Assembly: GCA_026770705.1 (NCBI GenBank)
Contig: JANJGN010000014.1
Location: 18,042,001 to 18,106,000, forward strand
DNA: 64,000 nucleotides
Source: Isurus oxyrinchus
Taxonomy: Eukaryota
Direction of reading: 5' to 3'
This document shows positions 33,000 to 45,694 of the stretch, piece by piece. The notes under the pieces are model-generated. The model made no database searches. It was not told the DNA's origin and saw nothing but the letters and a program-made list of their open reading frames with translations. Numbering within the stretch: position 1 is the stretch's first letter; every line of letters begins with the position of its first letter. The position numbers were made by a program, and so were the translations under genes.

Positions 33000-34145
33000 G
33001 GGGAGGAAATCTGCTACCCCTACCTGGTCTGGCCTACATGTGACTTCAGACACATAACAACGTGATTAATTCTTAACTGCCCTCTGATATGGCCTAGCAA
33101 GCCATTCAGTTGTATCAGGTCGTGATGAAAAAGTAGATTAAAAGTAAGACCGAAGTAAAATATGGAATTGACTTAGACACCAGAATCAGCTTAGACCACC
33201 CTGCAAAGTCCTCTCATTAACATCTGGGGACTTGTGTCAAAATTGGGAGATCCGTCCCACAGACTAATCAAGCAACAGCCTGGTATTATCATACTAATCG
33301 AATGAAACCTTACAGACAGTATCCCATCACCATCCCTCTGTATGTCCTGTCCCACTGTCAGGAGAGGTCCACCAGAGGTGGCGGCACAGTGGGATACAGT
33401 TGGAGTGGGGAAGGGCCCTGGGGCTCGGGACCCCATGAAGTTTAATGGTGTCAGCTCAAACACAGGCAAGGTAGGCAAACAAACTTTGAAGCCCTGAGTG
33501 AAGTGCAGCTCACCAGGTGCATGTCGCTTATGTGCTGTTGTGAAACATGTCGGCATGTTTTCCCGCCGACATAGATGGATGATCCAACATGGAGGACAAT
33601 TCCGGCTAGTTGGACTAATAATAATATGCAGATGTATTACAATGAGATTCCCAATGTCTGATAGTGGGAAACGTGACTCGCCATCAGCGGGCTGAGCGGA
33701 CGTTTGCAAACTGGTTTCACACCGTTGTGAAACTGGTATTGTCCGCTCACGCTCCTGAACTTACCCGACGCCGGCAGGCACGGAAAATCCCAGCCATCTA
33801 CAAGATGCAGTGCAGGAACTCACCAACCCTCCTTTGACAGCACCTTCCAAGCACATGACCCCTACCATCCAGAAGGACAAGGGCAGCAGATAGATGGGAA
33901 CACCACCATCTGGAAGTTCCCCTCCAAGCCACTCACCATCCTGCCTTGGAAATATATCGCTGCTCCTTCACTGTTGCTGGGTCAAAATCCTGGAATTCCC
34001 TCCCTAGTAGCACTTTGGATGTACCTACACCACATGGACTGCAGCGGTTCAAGAAGACAGCTCAACCACACCTTCTCAAGGGTAATTAGGGATAGGAAAT
34101 AAATACTGGCCTAGTGAGCAACACCCACACCCCGTAAGTGAATAA
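33000..34145 (+). mobile_element. Internally deleted LINE (same family as 22410) with a Harbinger terminal fragment at about 33470-33795
   Basis: The 3' part matches the reverse complement of 22410-22750; Harbinger-type TIR GGAAAATCCCAGCC at 33782-33795. Confidence 0.6.
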
Positions 34146-35149
34146 AAAAATTTAAATTTCCAATGGGTTTGAAAGTGCAAGACCATTGGCAATATAAATG
34201 GCCCAGTAACGGGGTCCTTACGCCATTAAATACCAGCCCTAACATTATGTACCAAATTTAGTTTGTATCTACAGTGTAAATGCTACAATTTCTTAACACT
34301 CGTTAGAAGATTATCTCTTTTTTGAGGCCAGGTTTCTCCGCAATTCATCCTAAACTCAGCTACCTGTTCCCTAGTTCACACCATGTCTGTCAGCTCTGTG
34401 TTTGCTGAGCTACGTTGGCTCTGGTGCAGCAAGGTTTCAGATTTAAAATTCTCATCTTTGTGGTCAAAACCCTCCATGGCTCCAACTTCTTCTGACCTCT
34501 GCGACTCCTTCCAGCCCTAAATCCTCCGAGATTTCTGCATTCTTCCGATTCCAGCACCTTGTGCATTCCCAATTTTTATCACACCACCGCTGGCAGCCCT
34601 GTCTTCAGCTGCCTAGACCCAAACCTCTGGAAATTCCTCGTTAAACCTCTTTACTTCTCTCTCCTCCTTCTCCAGGATCAGCACGACACATCACTTCCTG
34701 CCCGCAAATCCCTGGATTTTTTTTTTTTGCACACAGATAATGTTGTGGACCAGTAAACTGTGACCCATTAATGGGCCTTGAATCAAAAATATTATCTCGG
34801 AATAAAAACCACTTTATGGCGCTCCCATGTTCTGTTTGTGATTTATTTCAGGCAATCTGACAAGCAATATAGTGAGCCAAAGTGACAGACAAATATTGCC
34901 TCGAGTCCTTTAGTGATAAGTGTGCGTTATGTCGGAGTGACTGCTGTCCTGGGCAGCTGTTGCAATTAGCCTGGAGGATTTCAGTTCACAAAAGCTTTTA
35001 GCAGAGCAACGTGCAGTCCTGTTTCTGCTCCCGGCAGGGTAGGATGCAGCCCCATGCAAGTAACAAGCTGGTGTGCGAGTGTGGAAGGGGTGCGGAACAG
35101 GGAGAGTGAAAGTGTGCAAGAGGCTGGACTGAAATCATGCAACTGACCA

Positions 35150-37120
35150 GAGTAAGAGGTGAGAGTGGTGAGTGTGTGGAACACGTGGGACAGAGTGTGG
35201 ATCAGGCAGGATTGAGTGTTTGGAACAGTGCAGAACAGGCAGGAGTGAGAGTGTTGAGCAGGCGGGAGTGAGAGTGTGGAACAGGCAGGAGAGAGAATGG
35301 AACAGGCAGGAGGGAGGGTGTGGAACAGGTGGAGGGGAGAGTGAAACAGGTGAGAGGGAGAGTGGAACAGATGGGAGTACGAATGTGGAACAGGCAGGAG
35401 TGAGAGTGGAACAGGTGGGAGTGAGAATGTGGAACAGGCAGGAGAGAGAGTGAAACAGGCGAGAGGGAGTGTGGAACAGACGGGAGTGTGAGAGTGTACA
35501 GATGGGAGTGAGGATGTGGAACAGGCAGGAGAGAGAGTGAAACAGGCGAGAGGGAGTGTGGAACAGACGGGAGTGTGAGAGTGTACAGATGGGAGTGAGA
35601 ATGTGGAACAGGCAGGAGTGAGAGTGGAACAGGCGAGAGGGAGAGTGGAACAGATGGGAGTGCGAATGTGGAACAGTCAGGAGTGAGAGTGGAATAGGTG
35701 GGAGTGAGAGTGTGGAACAGGCAGGAGAGAGAGTGAAACAGGCGAGAGGGAGAGTGGAACAGATGGGAGTGCGAGTGTGGAACAGTCAGGAGTGAGAGTG
35801 GAATAGGTGGGAGTGAGAATGTGGAACAGGCAGGAGTGAGAGTGGAACAGGTGGGAGTGAGAATGTGGAACAGGTGGGAATGTGAGAGTGGAACAGGCGG
35901 GAGGGAGAATATGGAAGAGACTGGAGTATGAGAGTGCACAGGCAGGAACAAGAGTGTGGAATAGGCAGGAGTGAGAGTGTTGAACAGGTGAAAGTGAGAG
36001 TGTGGAACAGGCTGGAGATAGAGTGGAACAGGCAGGAGGGAGAGTGTGGAACAGGCGGGAGTAAGAATGTGGAACAGGCGGGAGTGAGAGTGGAACAGGT
36101 GGGAATGAGAATGTGGAACATGTGGGAGTGAGAGCGTGGAACAGTCGAGAGTGAGAGTGTGGAACAGACGGGAGTGTGAGAGTGGAACAGGTGGGAGCGA
36201 GAGTGTGGAACAGATGGGAGTGTGGAACAGACGGGAGTGTGAGAGTGTACAGATGGGAGTGAGAAAGTGGAACAGGCAGGAGAGAGAGTGGAACAGGCAG
36301 GAGGGAGAGTGTGGAACAGGCAGGAGAGAGAGTGGAACAGGCAGGAGGGAGAGTGTGGAACAGGCGGGAGTGAGAGTGGAACAGGTGAAAGGGAGAGTGG
36401 AACAGGTGAGAGGGAGAGTAGAACAGACGGAAGTGAGAATGTGGAACATGTGGGAGTGAGATTGTGGAATAGCCGGGAATGAGAGTGTGGAACAGTCGGG
36501 AGAGAGAGTGTGGAACAGACAGGACTGTGAGAGTGTACAGGTAGGAGTGAGAGTGTGGAACAGGAGGGAGTGAAAGTGTTGAAAAGGTGAAAGTGAGAGT
36601 GTGGAACAGGCAGGAGCGAGAGTGGAACAGGTGGGTGTGAGAGTGGAATAGATGGGAGTAAGAATGTGGAACATGTGGGAGTGAGACTGTGGAACAGTCA
36701 GGAGAGAAAGAGAGTGGAACAGGCTGAAGGGTTGTGGAACATGTGGGAGTGATAGTTTGGAACGGACAAGAGGGTGGGCATGGAACAGAACTGAGTGAGA
36801 CTGTGAAACGGATGTGAGTGAGTGTGGAACAGACAGGAGTGAGAGTGGAACAGGCAGGAGGGACAGTGGAACAGGCGGGAGGGAGATTGTGGGACAGGCA
36901 GGAGCAACAGAGTGGAACAGGCAGAAGGAAGAGTGCAACAGGTGGGAGTCAGAGGTTGGAGCAGACGGGAGGGAGAGAGTGGAACTGGCAGGAGGGAGAG
37001 TGTGGAACAGGTGGGAGGAAGAGTGGAACAGGTGGGGGTTAGAGTTTGGAACAGGCAGGAATGAGAGCATGCAACAGACGGGAATGAGTGTGTGACACAG
37101 GGTGGAGAGTGAGAGTGTAG
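35150..37120 (+). repeat. Purine-rich degenerate minisatellite (about 21-23-nt unit GTGGAACAGGCAGGAGTGAGAGT)
   Basis: Dozens of GGAACAG-centred units; local 87-bp higher-order duplication (35431 and 35518). Confidence 0.95.
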
Positions 37121-37924
37121 TTTGACCGGATGAAGGAAAGACTTAGAAATGTGATTGACTCGGTTTCCATTCGGAGAGTGAATTGTGACTGAAACTGCTA
37201 ATTATCTCAGGAATTAATTCAAAAGACAAATGTTTATGTAAATAAATTGTTCATGCAAATAAAGTCTTTGTATAAAACTGGTTCAAATTTAAAATGGGAT
37301 TAATAAGAGGAAATAAGAATTGGTGAAACAAGCTGTGGTAAGATGGTGGTGGGAAAGATTTGCTCTGAGGTATGAATCTGACATTTTAACTGGCTGGGCT
37401 CTCACAATTAATGTATAATGATGCTAGCAATGGACTCATTTCAAGGAGCAATTAAGAGATTAACTTTTGTAAAAATTGGAGACTAAGTGCCTTTCATTTT
37501 CTCCTGGAGTGTGCATTATGTCTGGGTGGTTTCAGTAAGTTGGGTTTCCAGTAACACAAGGAATTTTGTAGCTCTTGAAGTGAGTGCAAGTAGGAAGAAG
37601 CAGACGAGCGCTCCACGGGACTAAACTATAGGAATTTGTGCTTCCCCTGGGAGACCATCGCTCAGCTGATACACATATCGGAAGTGGGGGGGTGAGCTAC
37701 TCTGGCCGTTTTGGCAGGCGGGTTGAATATATTCCCAGGAAACCCATCAGGAATTTAGGCAGCGAATATTCCCTGAATTTGGTGTGCAGGGTCCCTTTAA
37801 ATTTCAGGACCAATCCCTTCATTCACTTAATTGTTAATAATTCAAGGCCATTTTGAAAGGACTATAACTGCAACATTCAGTGGAAATACTCAAGAAGTAC
37901 CATAGGTAACAGCAACTCCCTAGA

Positions 37925-38245
37925 TCATATGAACATATGAATTAGGAGCAGGAGTAGGCCAATCGGCCCCTCGAGCCTGCTCTTTCATTTGTTAAGATCA
38001 TGGCTGGTCTGATTGTGGTCTCTACTTTCCTGTCCAACCCCTTTGACCCCCTTGTCAATCAAGAATCCATCTAACTCAACCTTAAAAATATTCCATGACC
38101 CCACAACCACTGCTCTCTGAGAAAGAATTCCACAGACTTAAAGCCCTCTGAAAGAAAAAGTTTTGCCTCATCCCCATCTTAAGTGGGAGACCTCTTATTT
38201 TTAAATGGTGGCCCCTAATTCTAGACTCTCCCATGAGGGGAAAGA
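37925..38245 (-). mobile_element. CR1 3' fragment
   Basis: Same 3' tail as at 1390 and 16795. Confidence 0.75.
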
Positions 38246-38289
38246 CTTATAAGGGGTCTGTTTACCAAGTTCCTTTTTAGAAAGAGAAT

Positions 38290-39830
38290 AAAGACTTGCA
38301 TTTATATAGTTGCTTTGACTTTTGGACATCCCAATGCACTTAAAGCCAATTAAATACTTTTGAAGTGTAGCCGCTGTTGGAATCTGGAAACCCTTTCAGC
38401 CAATTTGCACACAACAAGCTCCTGCGAAGTGATAAAGATGATTTAACTGCAACTGTCTTGAGTGGCAGATCTAAAATAGAAGCCTTCAAAATCCGGACTG
38501 GTGTCAAGCAAGGCCATGTGATAGCCCCCATACTATCTACCTGACAGTAGCTATCCACTTCATCAAAGATCAATTACCCTCTGATGTCAGTAGTAAACAC
38601 CACCTAGTTAGAAAACTTTTTAACCTCAGTTTCCTCCATGCCAAAACTAAACTGACCACCATCAACAACATGATCTACAGTGTGCGGATGGTTGCACTCT
38701 GCACCGAACTTGCAAGCTGCTCTCGATTTCTTCAATTCTGCATATAAGAAACTTGGACTGGCCTTATATATCAACCCGTACCTGGTCAGCCGAAAACTCC
38801 ACCTCCCATATATGTTGGGGGAGAGACTCTGGAATACATTGAGTGCTTCACACACCTCAGCAGCCACCTGTCTCAAAAGGTCCACCATTGACAAGGAGAT
38901 CCAACACTGGATCAACTGCATCAGCTCGGCCTCCTACAACAAAGACCTCCGCTACTCAGCAAAATCTGGGTGTACAGAGCAGTTGACATCACCACGCTCC
39001 TGTACTGCAGTGAGACCTGGACTGTGTATCAGTGACATGTAAGAGTGCTAGAGGAATTCCATCAGCAATGCCTCCACTGCATCCTCCGGATTCAATAGGA
39101 GGACAATGGAACAAATATTAGTGTCAACTCCACAAGCATTCAGAGAAAACTCCTGTAAAATAAACTTTGATCGAAGGTACACTGGGTTGCCAAAAAGAAT
39201 CAGCTCTGCCAGTTCCTGTTTTCTCAACTCTCCAGGGGGGCACAAAGAAAATGCTTCAAAGACACTCTGAAGCTCTACTTGAAGAGAGGCAGCATTGACA
39301 TTGAGCTTGCTAGCAATTGTTCAAAATGGCCACAGCTTGTTCATCACACTGCATCATGCTTTGAATCCAAATGCCTTAATGACAAGGCAAACAGCGGCAG
39401 AGAAGGAAAGGAAAGGAAGCAAATCCTGCACTCCGGATCCCACTATCTTGTCCTGCCCCATGTGCACAAAGATGTGCGGGTCAAGAATCAGCCTGTTCAG
39501 TCACATGAAGACACATAGCGGAAAGGCATGGCCCTGAGCAGACATCATCCTTGAATTGAAGGACAGCCAGTGATGATGATAATCTGCTTTAGTAATGTTG
39601 GTTGAAGGATAAATATTGGCTAGGGCCTAATCTTCAAAATAGTGCCATGAATTTTTTTACACCCACCTGAGAGGGCAGCTTTGGTTCAATGTCTCATCCA
39701 AAAGGCAGCACCTCTGGCACTGCAGCACTCCCTCACTAGGGTGCCAGCCTAGATTATGTTCTCAAATCTCTTGAGGTAGACTTGATGCTATGGCCTTCTG
39801 ATTCAGGAGGTGAGAGTTTGATACACTGGG
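38290..39830. mobile_element. Minus-strand Deu-type SINE interrupted by a plus-strand RTE fragment (about 38435-39580)
   Basis: SINE tail at 38290-38425 and head at 39585-39830; RTE motifs TGVKQG and CPMCTKMCGSRISLFSH. Confidence 0.7.
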
Positions 39831-39919
39831 CAACTCTTGTAATTGTTCTTGTTACTGGATGGAACAGAGGGCATATTAAAAGGTGGTTTTTGAACCTGGT
39901 TCCCATAGTAACTAGTGAA

Positions 39920-40500
39920 ATTCAGCCTCTCCAGCCTGTTCCGTCATTCAATGTGATCATGACTGATGTGTATCTTAACTCCAATACCTATCTTGATTCC
40001 ATACCCCTAATGACCTCACCTAAAAGAAATGTAGCAATCTCAGTTTTCAAATTTTCAGTTGAATTCCAGCCTCGACAGCTTTTTGGAGGAGAGATTTCCA
40101 GATTTCCATTACCCTTTGTGTGAAGAAGTGCTTCTCTGACATCACCCTTGAACGGCCTGGCTCTAAGATTAACATTATGCCCCCTTATTCTGGGCTCCCT
40201 CATCAGAGGAAATAGTTTCACTCTCCCTCCACCCTACCGAATCCCTTATTCATCATAAATATCACAACTGAATCTTCACCCCTTAAACTTCTATAGTCAA
40301 GTCTATGTAAGCTGTCCTCATAATTACACCTAGGATTTCTGGTCAGTCAGTGCTGGAACCCACTCCAAGGACATTATATGCTACCTGTGATGTGGGACCC
40401 AGAATTGAATGCCCTACTCAAAATGGGGGCTGTAACCCACAGCTTTATACAACAGTAATATAACCTGCACCTTTTTGTCTGCCAGCCCCCTTTGCGATAA
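39920..40500 (-). mobile_element. CR1 3' fragment
   Basis: LFPLMREPRIRGH motif; CR1 tail. Confidence 0.7.
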
Positions 40501-41304
40501 GCAACTCGTTCAACATGTAGTTTTGGAAGTATAGTAACGTGGCTGGTTAGACAAAAGGAGCTTCAATCTGGGGGATGTGTGATACTTCCCAGGTTGTTTT
40601 CCTGTTGTGATCTTATTTTAATGACTTGGTATTGATCAGCAGAGTGATTCCGCTGAGACAGTTCCTTCATGTTAATCACTGTATTTGTCCCACGCACTAG
40701 AAACCTACACTTTACATGTATTGCTCACTCGTCATTTTCACTGCACCAAAAGTTTAACTGTAGTCATTTAAAAAAAAAAAATTCCCCTCCTCTCCTGAAA
40801 GGGGTTAACAGCTTGTTGACTTTCAGGTGCTCCTGCATCCGCCCTCTGAGGTGGACTTAAGCCGTTACTCGCATAAGAGCAATGAGATTTCTTCTGCTGC
40901 CAACATTTATCCCTCAGCCAATGCTGCCATTTGCTGCTTGTGAGATCTTGCTGTGCAGCAGTTGGCAGTTGCACTTGCTTACAACAGTGACTGTAAGAGT
41001 GCTTGTTACATTGAATTTTACTTGCCATGCATGGTACTTTACAAAAAGTTGCTGTTTTCACTGGACTGTCACTCTCTTGGGTTATGGTGATGTAACCGAG
41101 GTCTCAGGTCCACAGTGTTGTCAGAATTCTGTCAGAGGGAGACATGTGCAGTAGGGGTCACAATCCTAACCTAATGCCTCTACTTAAAATTCTAAATCTG
41201 CAATCCTGGGTGAAAATAAAGCTATCAGTTCCACTGGGTCCTTAATGTGCATTTCAGTATGTCAATCCATTTGGATTTGTATCGATGTAATACTTGGAAA
41301 ACCC

Positions 41305-41710
41305 AACTCTCTCTTTCAGTCATTTCTGTTTGACCCTGTTTGTCCACTTTTTTGCCCCTATCTCTTTCTGATATTCTGTCTCTTTCTGTATCATTATTTG
41401 TTTCTGTCTTTCTCTGTTTCTTCTCTCTAGACCCTTACTGCTCTCTCTCTCTATCACATTCCATCTCTTTTTCTTTCTCTCTCTCCCATTCCGTGTCTCA
41501 CTCTCTCCTATCCTGTTTCTCTCTCTCCCTCCCACATTTCTCTATCTTTTTCTGCATCGGTTTTTCTCTCTCTTTTGCCAACTTCCTCCTTTGTTTTGAA
41601 TCTCTTTGTCTCTTCAGTACCTTTTTCTTGTGTGTTCCTGTGTCGTGTGTGTCCATTTCTGTTTGTGTGTGTGTTTGTCTCTCTCTCTCTCCCACTCTGA
41701 CCTCTGTACT
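41305..41710 (+). repeat. CT-rich low-complexity tract
   Basis: Degenerate (CT)n/(GT)n pyrimidine tract. Confidence 0.85.
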
Positions 41711-42019
41711 GTGAGAGACAGGTAGATCTAGGTATTGCCAAGGGATCGCTAGACAAGTAGGTCAGAAAACTAGGCTTCCAGAAATAAATAAAACCTGTCA
41801 CCTCAGATCCTGTTAAGATTTACTGGGACTACGAGCAGTGAATGCACTCAGATGCAGTTTGCCTTCTGAGCTGATCTGTTGTAGTCAGTGTGTTTTGCAG
41901 CAGAGAGGGCCTGGAATGAGAAGCTTTGGCACATTGTCAAGACATGTGATCACTAGCAGGAGTTATGCAGGACCAATCTCAATGTTTATTGAGTAACTTT
42001 GTCCACTGGCATTGTTGGC

Positions 42020-42405
42020 ATCAGCTATGCCTGAGTGGCTAGGACTGTCTATCTCCTGAGTCAGAAGATTATGGATTCAAGTCCCACTCTAGAGAGCATA
42101 TGATCCAGCCTGGCACTCCAGTACTCACCTTTCAGAGGTGCTATCTTTCAGATGAGAAGTTAAATGTTTCAAGGAAGCGCAGGGGAGTTCTCCCCAGAGT
42201 CCGGGCCAATATTTATCCCACAATCAACATCACTAAAGACAGGCCTTACTACATTGCTGTTTGTGGGAGCTTGCTGTGCACAAATTGGTTGCTACGTTTC
42301 TCACATTACGACAGTGCTTACACTTCAAAAGTACTTCATTGGTTGTGAGATGCTTTGCGATGACCTGAGATTGTGAAAGGTGCTATATAAATGCAGTTGC
42401 TTCTT
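42020..42405 (+). mobile_element. Deu-type SINE
   Basis: Homologous to 31600-32040. Confidence 0.75.
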
Positions 42406-42639
42406 TGGGGTCACTCTTGATACATTGATTACATAGGGCCAATATTAATGTTCATTCAGCAGTGGATTCCTTTGGCATTAAGAGTTTGATTATGAAGCCA
42501 ATTGTTACGTAAACAGGGAGCTGCCAACTGCTGAAGATTTACAGCTTAGATGTGTGTAACATTGCTTTTCTCCTGCTCCAGGGCAAGCAGTTGACCAAAA
42601 GGCAGTGGAAGGGAGGAGGCCAGGGATAGTCAAGTGGGT

Positions 42640-43160
42640 GTATATATAACAACCAGTTTCATTGATAAAGCACCATAACGTAGTAAAACATCCCAAAGCA
42701 CTTCACAGGAATATAATCATATCAAATTAGGCACTGAGTCGTGTAAGGAGGTAGTTGAGCAGATGACCACAAGCTAGGTCAAAGAAACAGTGTCTTAAAG
42801 GAGGATAGAGAGGTAGAGAGACAGAAAGCTTAGGGAGGAAATTCCAGGGTGCAGGGCCTTGGCAGCTGGTGGCACAACCACCAATGGTGCAGCATGGAAA
42901 TTGGAGATGAACAGAGTTGGAGGAGCACAGAGATCCAGAAGGGGCTACAGAGGTGGGGATAGGAGAGGCCATTGAGAGATTTAAACAAATGAGGATGAAG
43001 GCTTTGCTGGACCAGGAGCCAATGTCGTTCAGGGAGCACAGGGGAGGTAGATGGGACATGATGGAAGTTATGGTGTGGGCAGCAGAGTTTCGGATGCGCT
43101 GAGGTTTAGGGAAGGAGATAGGTGGGAGGCTAACCAGGAGAGTATTGGAATTGTCTTTGT
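42640..43160 (-). mobile_element. L2 3' fragment
   Basis: Homologous to 880-1325. Confidence 0.6.
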
Positions 43161-43746
43161 CTGGGTGTGGTATACAGGGCTGATGGGAAGGAGTAAAGTT
43201 GAAAGAGGCGGAGGGAGTAGCTTAAAGTGAGAACTTAATAAGCAGGAATGAAATGATTGGAACTGAGGGTCTATATGAGTTTGTGTCCAAAACTGTTACT
43301 TCAAAACCCTGAACCCAATTCAGACCCCATGCCTTTTCCAATCTCACTCCCCCCACCCCACCCCCCCAAACCCTGGTATTATTACACAGCCATCCCTTGC
43401 ATTAAAGTCCTTACACGCTGAGACATCCCACCCTACAGGTCTTGAAGAAATCACTAATTAACATGAAGCCCATCTAAATAAAAAAAAAGGTCAAATCACC
43501 AGAGATGCCGAAGGTGAAAGGCTCTTTTGAGGAGCCAGATCCTTTATCAAACACATTCACTCAAACTGGGCCTCCAGGCCTACTGCTACAATTCATGGGC
43601 TTCAAAGACTTAGAGAGGGCAAAAATAGGGCTTTACAAAAATGGGAACAGTAAAGCTGGCATTGTTCTTCTTGGAGCAGAGAAGGCTAAGGGGAAATTTA
43701 ATAGAGGGGTTCAAAATTGTGAAAGATTTTGATAGAGAAGGTAGGA

Positions 43747-43886
43747 GTTCCAAAGAAAAGCCATATTGGACTCGAAATGTTAACTCTGTTTCTCTCTCCA
43801 CAGATGCTGCCAGACCTGCTGAGTTTTTCCAGCATTTTCAGTTTTTATTTCAGATTTCCAGCATCCGCATTTCGCTTTTATATCAA
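43747..43886 (+). mobile_element. Short Penelope 3'-end fragment with decayed hammerhead, inside a CR1 piece (about 43650-44180)
   Basis: gagttCCAAAGA...ggactcGAAATGTTaactc...gatgctgccagacctgctgag; possible TSD GTAGGA at 43741-43746 and 43887-43892. Confidence 0.65.
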
Positions 43887-44469
43887 GTAGGAACAAACCA
43901 CTTCCACAGGCAGAAGATCTCGGTAACTAGAACGCATAGATATTGGCAAGAGAGCAAAGTGGGTAAATCAAAAGGAATTTCTTCATCCAGCAAGTTGTGA
44001 TCTGATTGAAAGGGAGTTAGAAGATTCACCTGTAACTTTCTAAAGGGAATTGGGGAAATACTTGAAAAGCAAAGGGTTATGGGGGAAAAAGTGGGGCAGG
44101 GCAGGGAGGTGGGGACGAATTAGAAAGATAAGAGCCAACATAGGTTAGATGGGCCAAATGGCCTTCTTCTGCACTGTGTGATCATTTGCTTCTGTGACTC
44201 TGGGTTTCTTCCAACAAAAGCTCTGAGCCTTCTTTTAGTTTTTATGCAGTCACCCAAGAAGCATGTGGTGTCAGAACATGGGGCAGTGGGATCCAATCAC
44301 AGCTCTGACAGGCCCGATTTTACCACCTCCCCTTCTCCCCCCACACACATTTGGAAAGTAAATATTCCGCACTAGAAAGGAACTGTAAATTATTTAGTGT
44401 CATTGTTTAGGTTATCATTCCTTGTATTCCACTCAGCCTGAGGCAATTATTGGGAATGATAATGAATCT

Positions 44470-44960
44470 TGACACTGCAGTGCTGCACAGTCAGAGGTGC
44501 CATTTGGGATGAGATGTGAAACTGAGGTCAAGTCTGCCCTTTCAGGTGGATGTAAATGATCCCATGACACTAGTGTGAAGAGGAGCGGGGGAATTCTCCC
44601 CGGTCTCCTGGCCAATATTTATCCCTCAACCAATATCACTCAAGTTCTGTCGAAGGGTCATGAGGACTCGAAACGTCAACTCTTTTCTTCTCCGCCGATG
44701 CTGCCAGACCTGCTGAGTTTTTCCAAGTAATTCTGTTTCTGTTTTGGGTTTCCAGCATCCGCAGTTTTCTTTGTTTTTATCACTGCAGTGGATTATCTGG
44801 TCACTATTTCATTCTGTTTGTGGAATCTTGCTGTGCGCAAATTAGCTGTTGTGTTTCCGACACTACAACAGTGACAGCGCTTCAAAAAGTACCTCATTGG
44901 CTGTAAAGAACTTCTGAGATCAAGAAAGTTTCTGTGTAAATACAAGGTTTTCTTTTTTTG
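44470..44960 (+). mobile_element. Deu-type SINE interrupted by a Penelope mini-insertion
   Basis: Homologous to 31600-32040 on both sides of 44641-44777. Confidence 0.75.
44641..44777 (+). mobile_element. 137-bp Penelope 3'-end insertion beginning at the hammerhead (ribozyme at 44643-44681)
   Basis: Nearly identical to 8821-8958; TSD TATCACT at 44634-44640 and 44778-44784. Confidence 0.9.
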
Positions 44961-45694
44961 AAGAGGAGCAGGAAAGGGGAATTTAAAAAAACCAAATTGG
45001 AATTGGAAGAATTGGCTGAGTGGAGGCTGGAGAGAGAGAGAGAGAGGTCAGAAGCTAGAAGCTAGGAGGATAGTAACAGTGTCCGTGTAACCGAGGGTTG
45101 TGGAATGCTCCTCAGTTTTGTTCTCTTTGTAAGATGCCAGCTATAAAATTTATAACTGTGTCATAAATGATAGATAAAAAAAAATTAAATTCAGTAGTAA
45201 AAGGAGAATGGAAACAAATAATCAAGTTAACGTCCTAGCAATATCACAATGAAAGGAATTCAATCTGAGATTGTCGATCATGTTAATATTTGAAGAGCTT
45301 AGTTTGCAGCCATTGCTGTGGTATGCCTAACAGGAAGAGCTGTTTGTGTTTAACTCTCTCTGACGCAGTCACTTACTATCCAAATTGCACATTCAATCAC
45401 AGGCTAGGAAGCAGGTCTATGCCATAGCTCAGTGTCAGAAAAAACTCGAGGATAAATATATGAAGAAGAAAATATCTATTATGTGAATGCACTGTTCATA
45501 CATCTGAGTCACACCGATCTGATAGCAGCACAAATGAATGGCTGAAAAATAAAGAATCAAAACCAATTTAAAATGTGTCAATAATCCTTTCAAACACTGC
45601 AGTGTGGTAGTCTGCACATCTCAAATTAGAATACTAAACAGTACGTAGTGCGATGAGCAGTGAATTAAATACTGTATAACACATTAAACAACAG

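Noticed and set aside
35202-37070. 622-aa ORF rich in S/L/P/H/C
   Set aside because: It is the translation of the minisatellite's pyrimidine strand, which is naturally poor in stop codons; it has no domain structure.
41245-41801. Hydrophobic or charged ORFs resembling membrane proteins
   Set aside because: They are translations of a CT/GA low-complexity tract.
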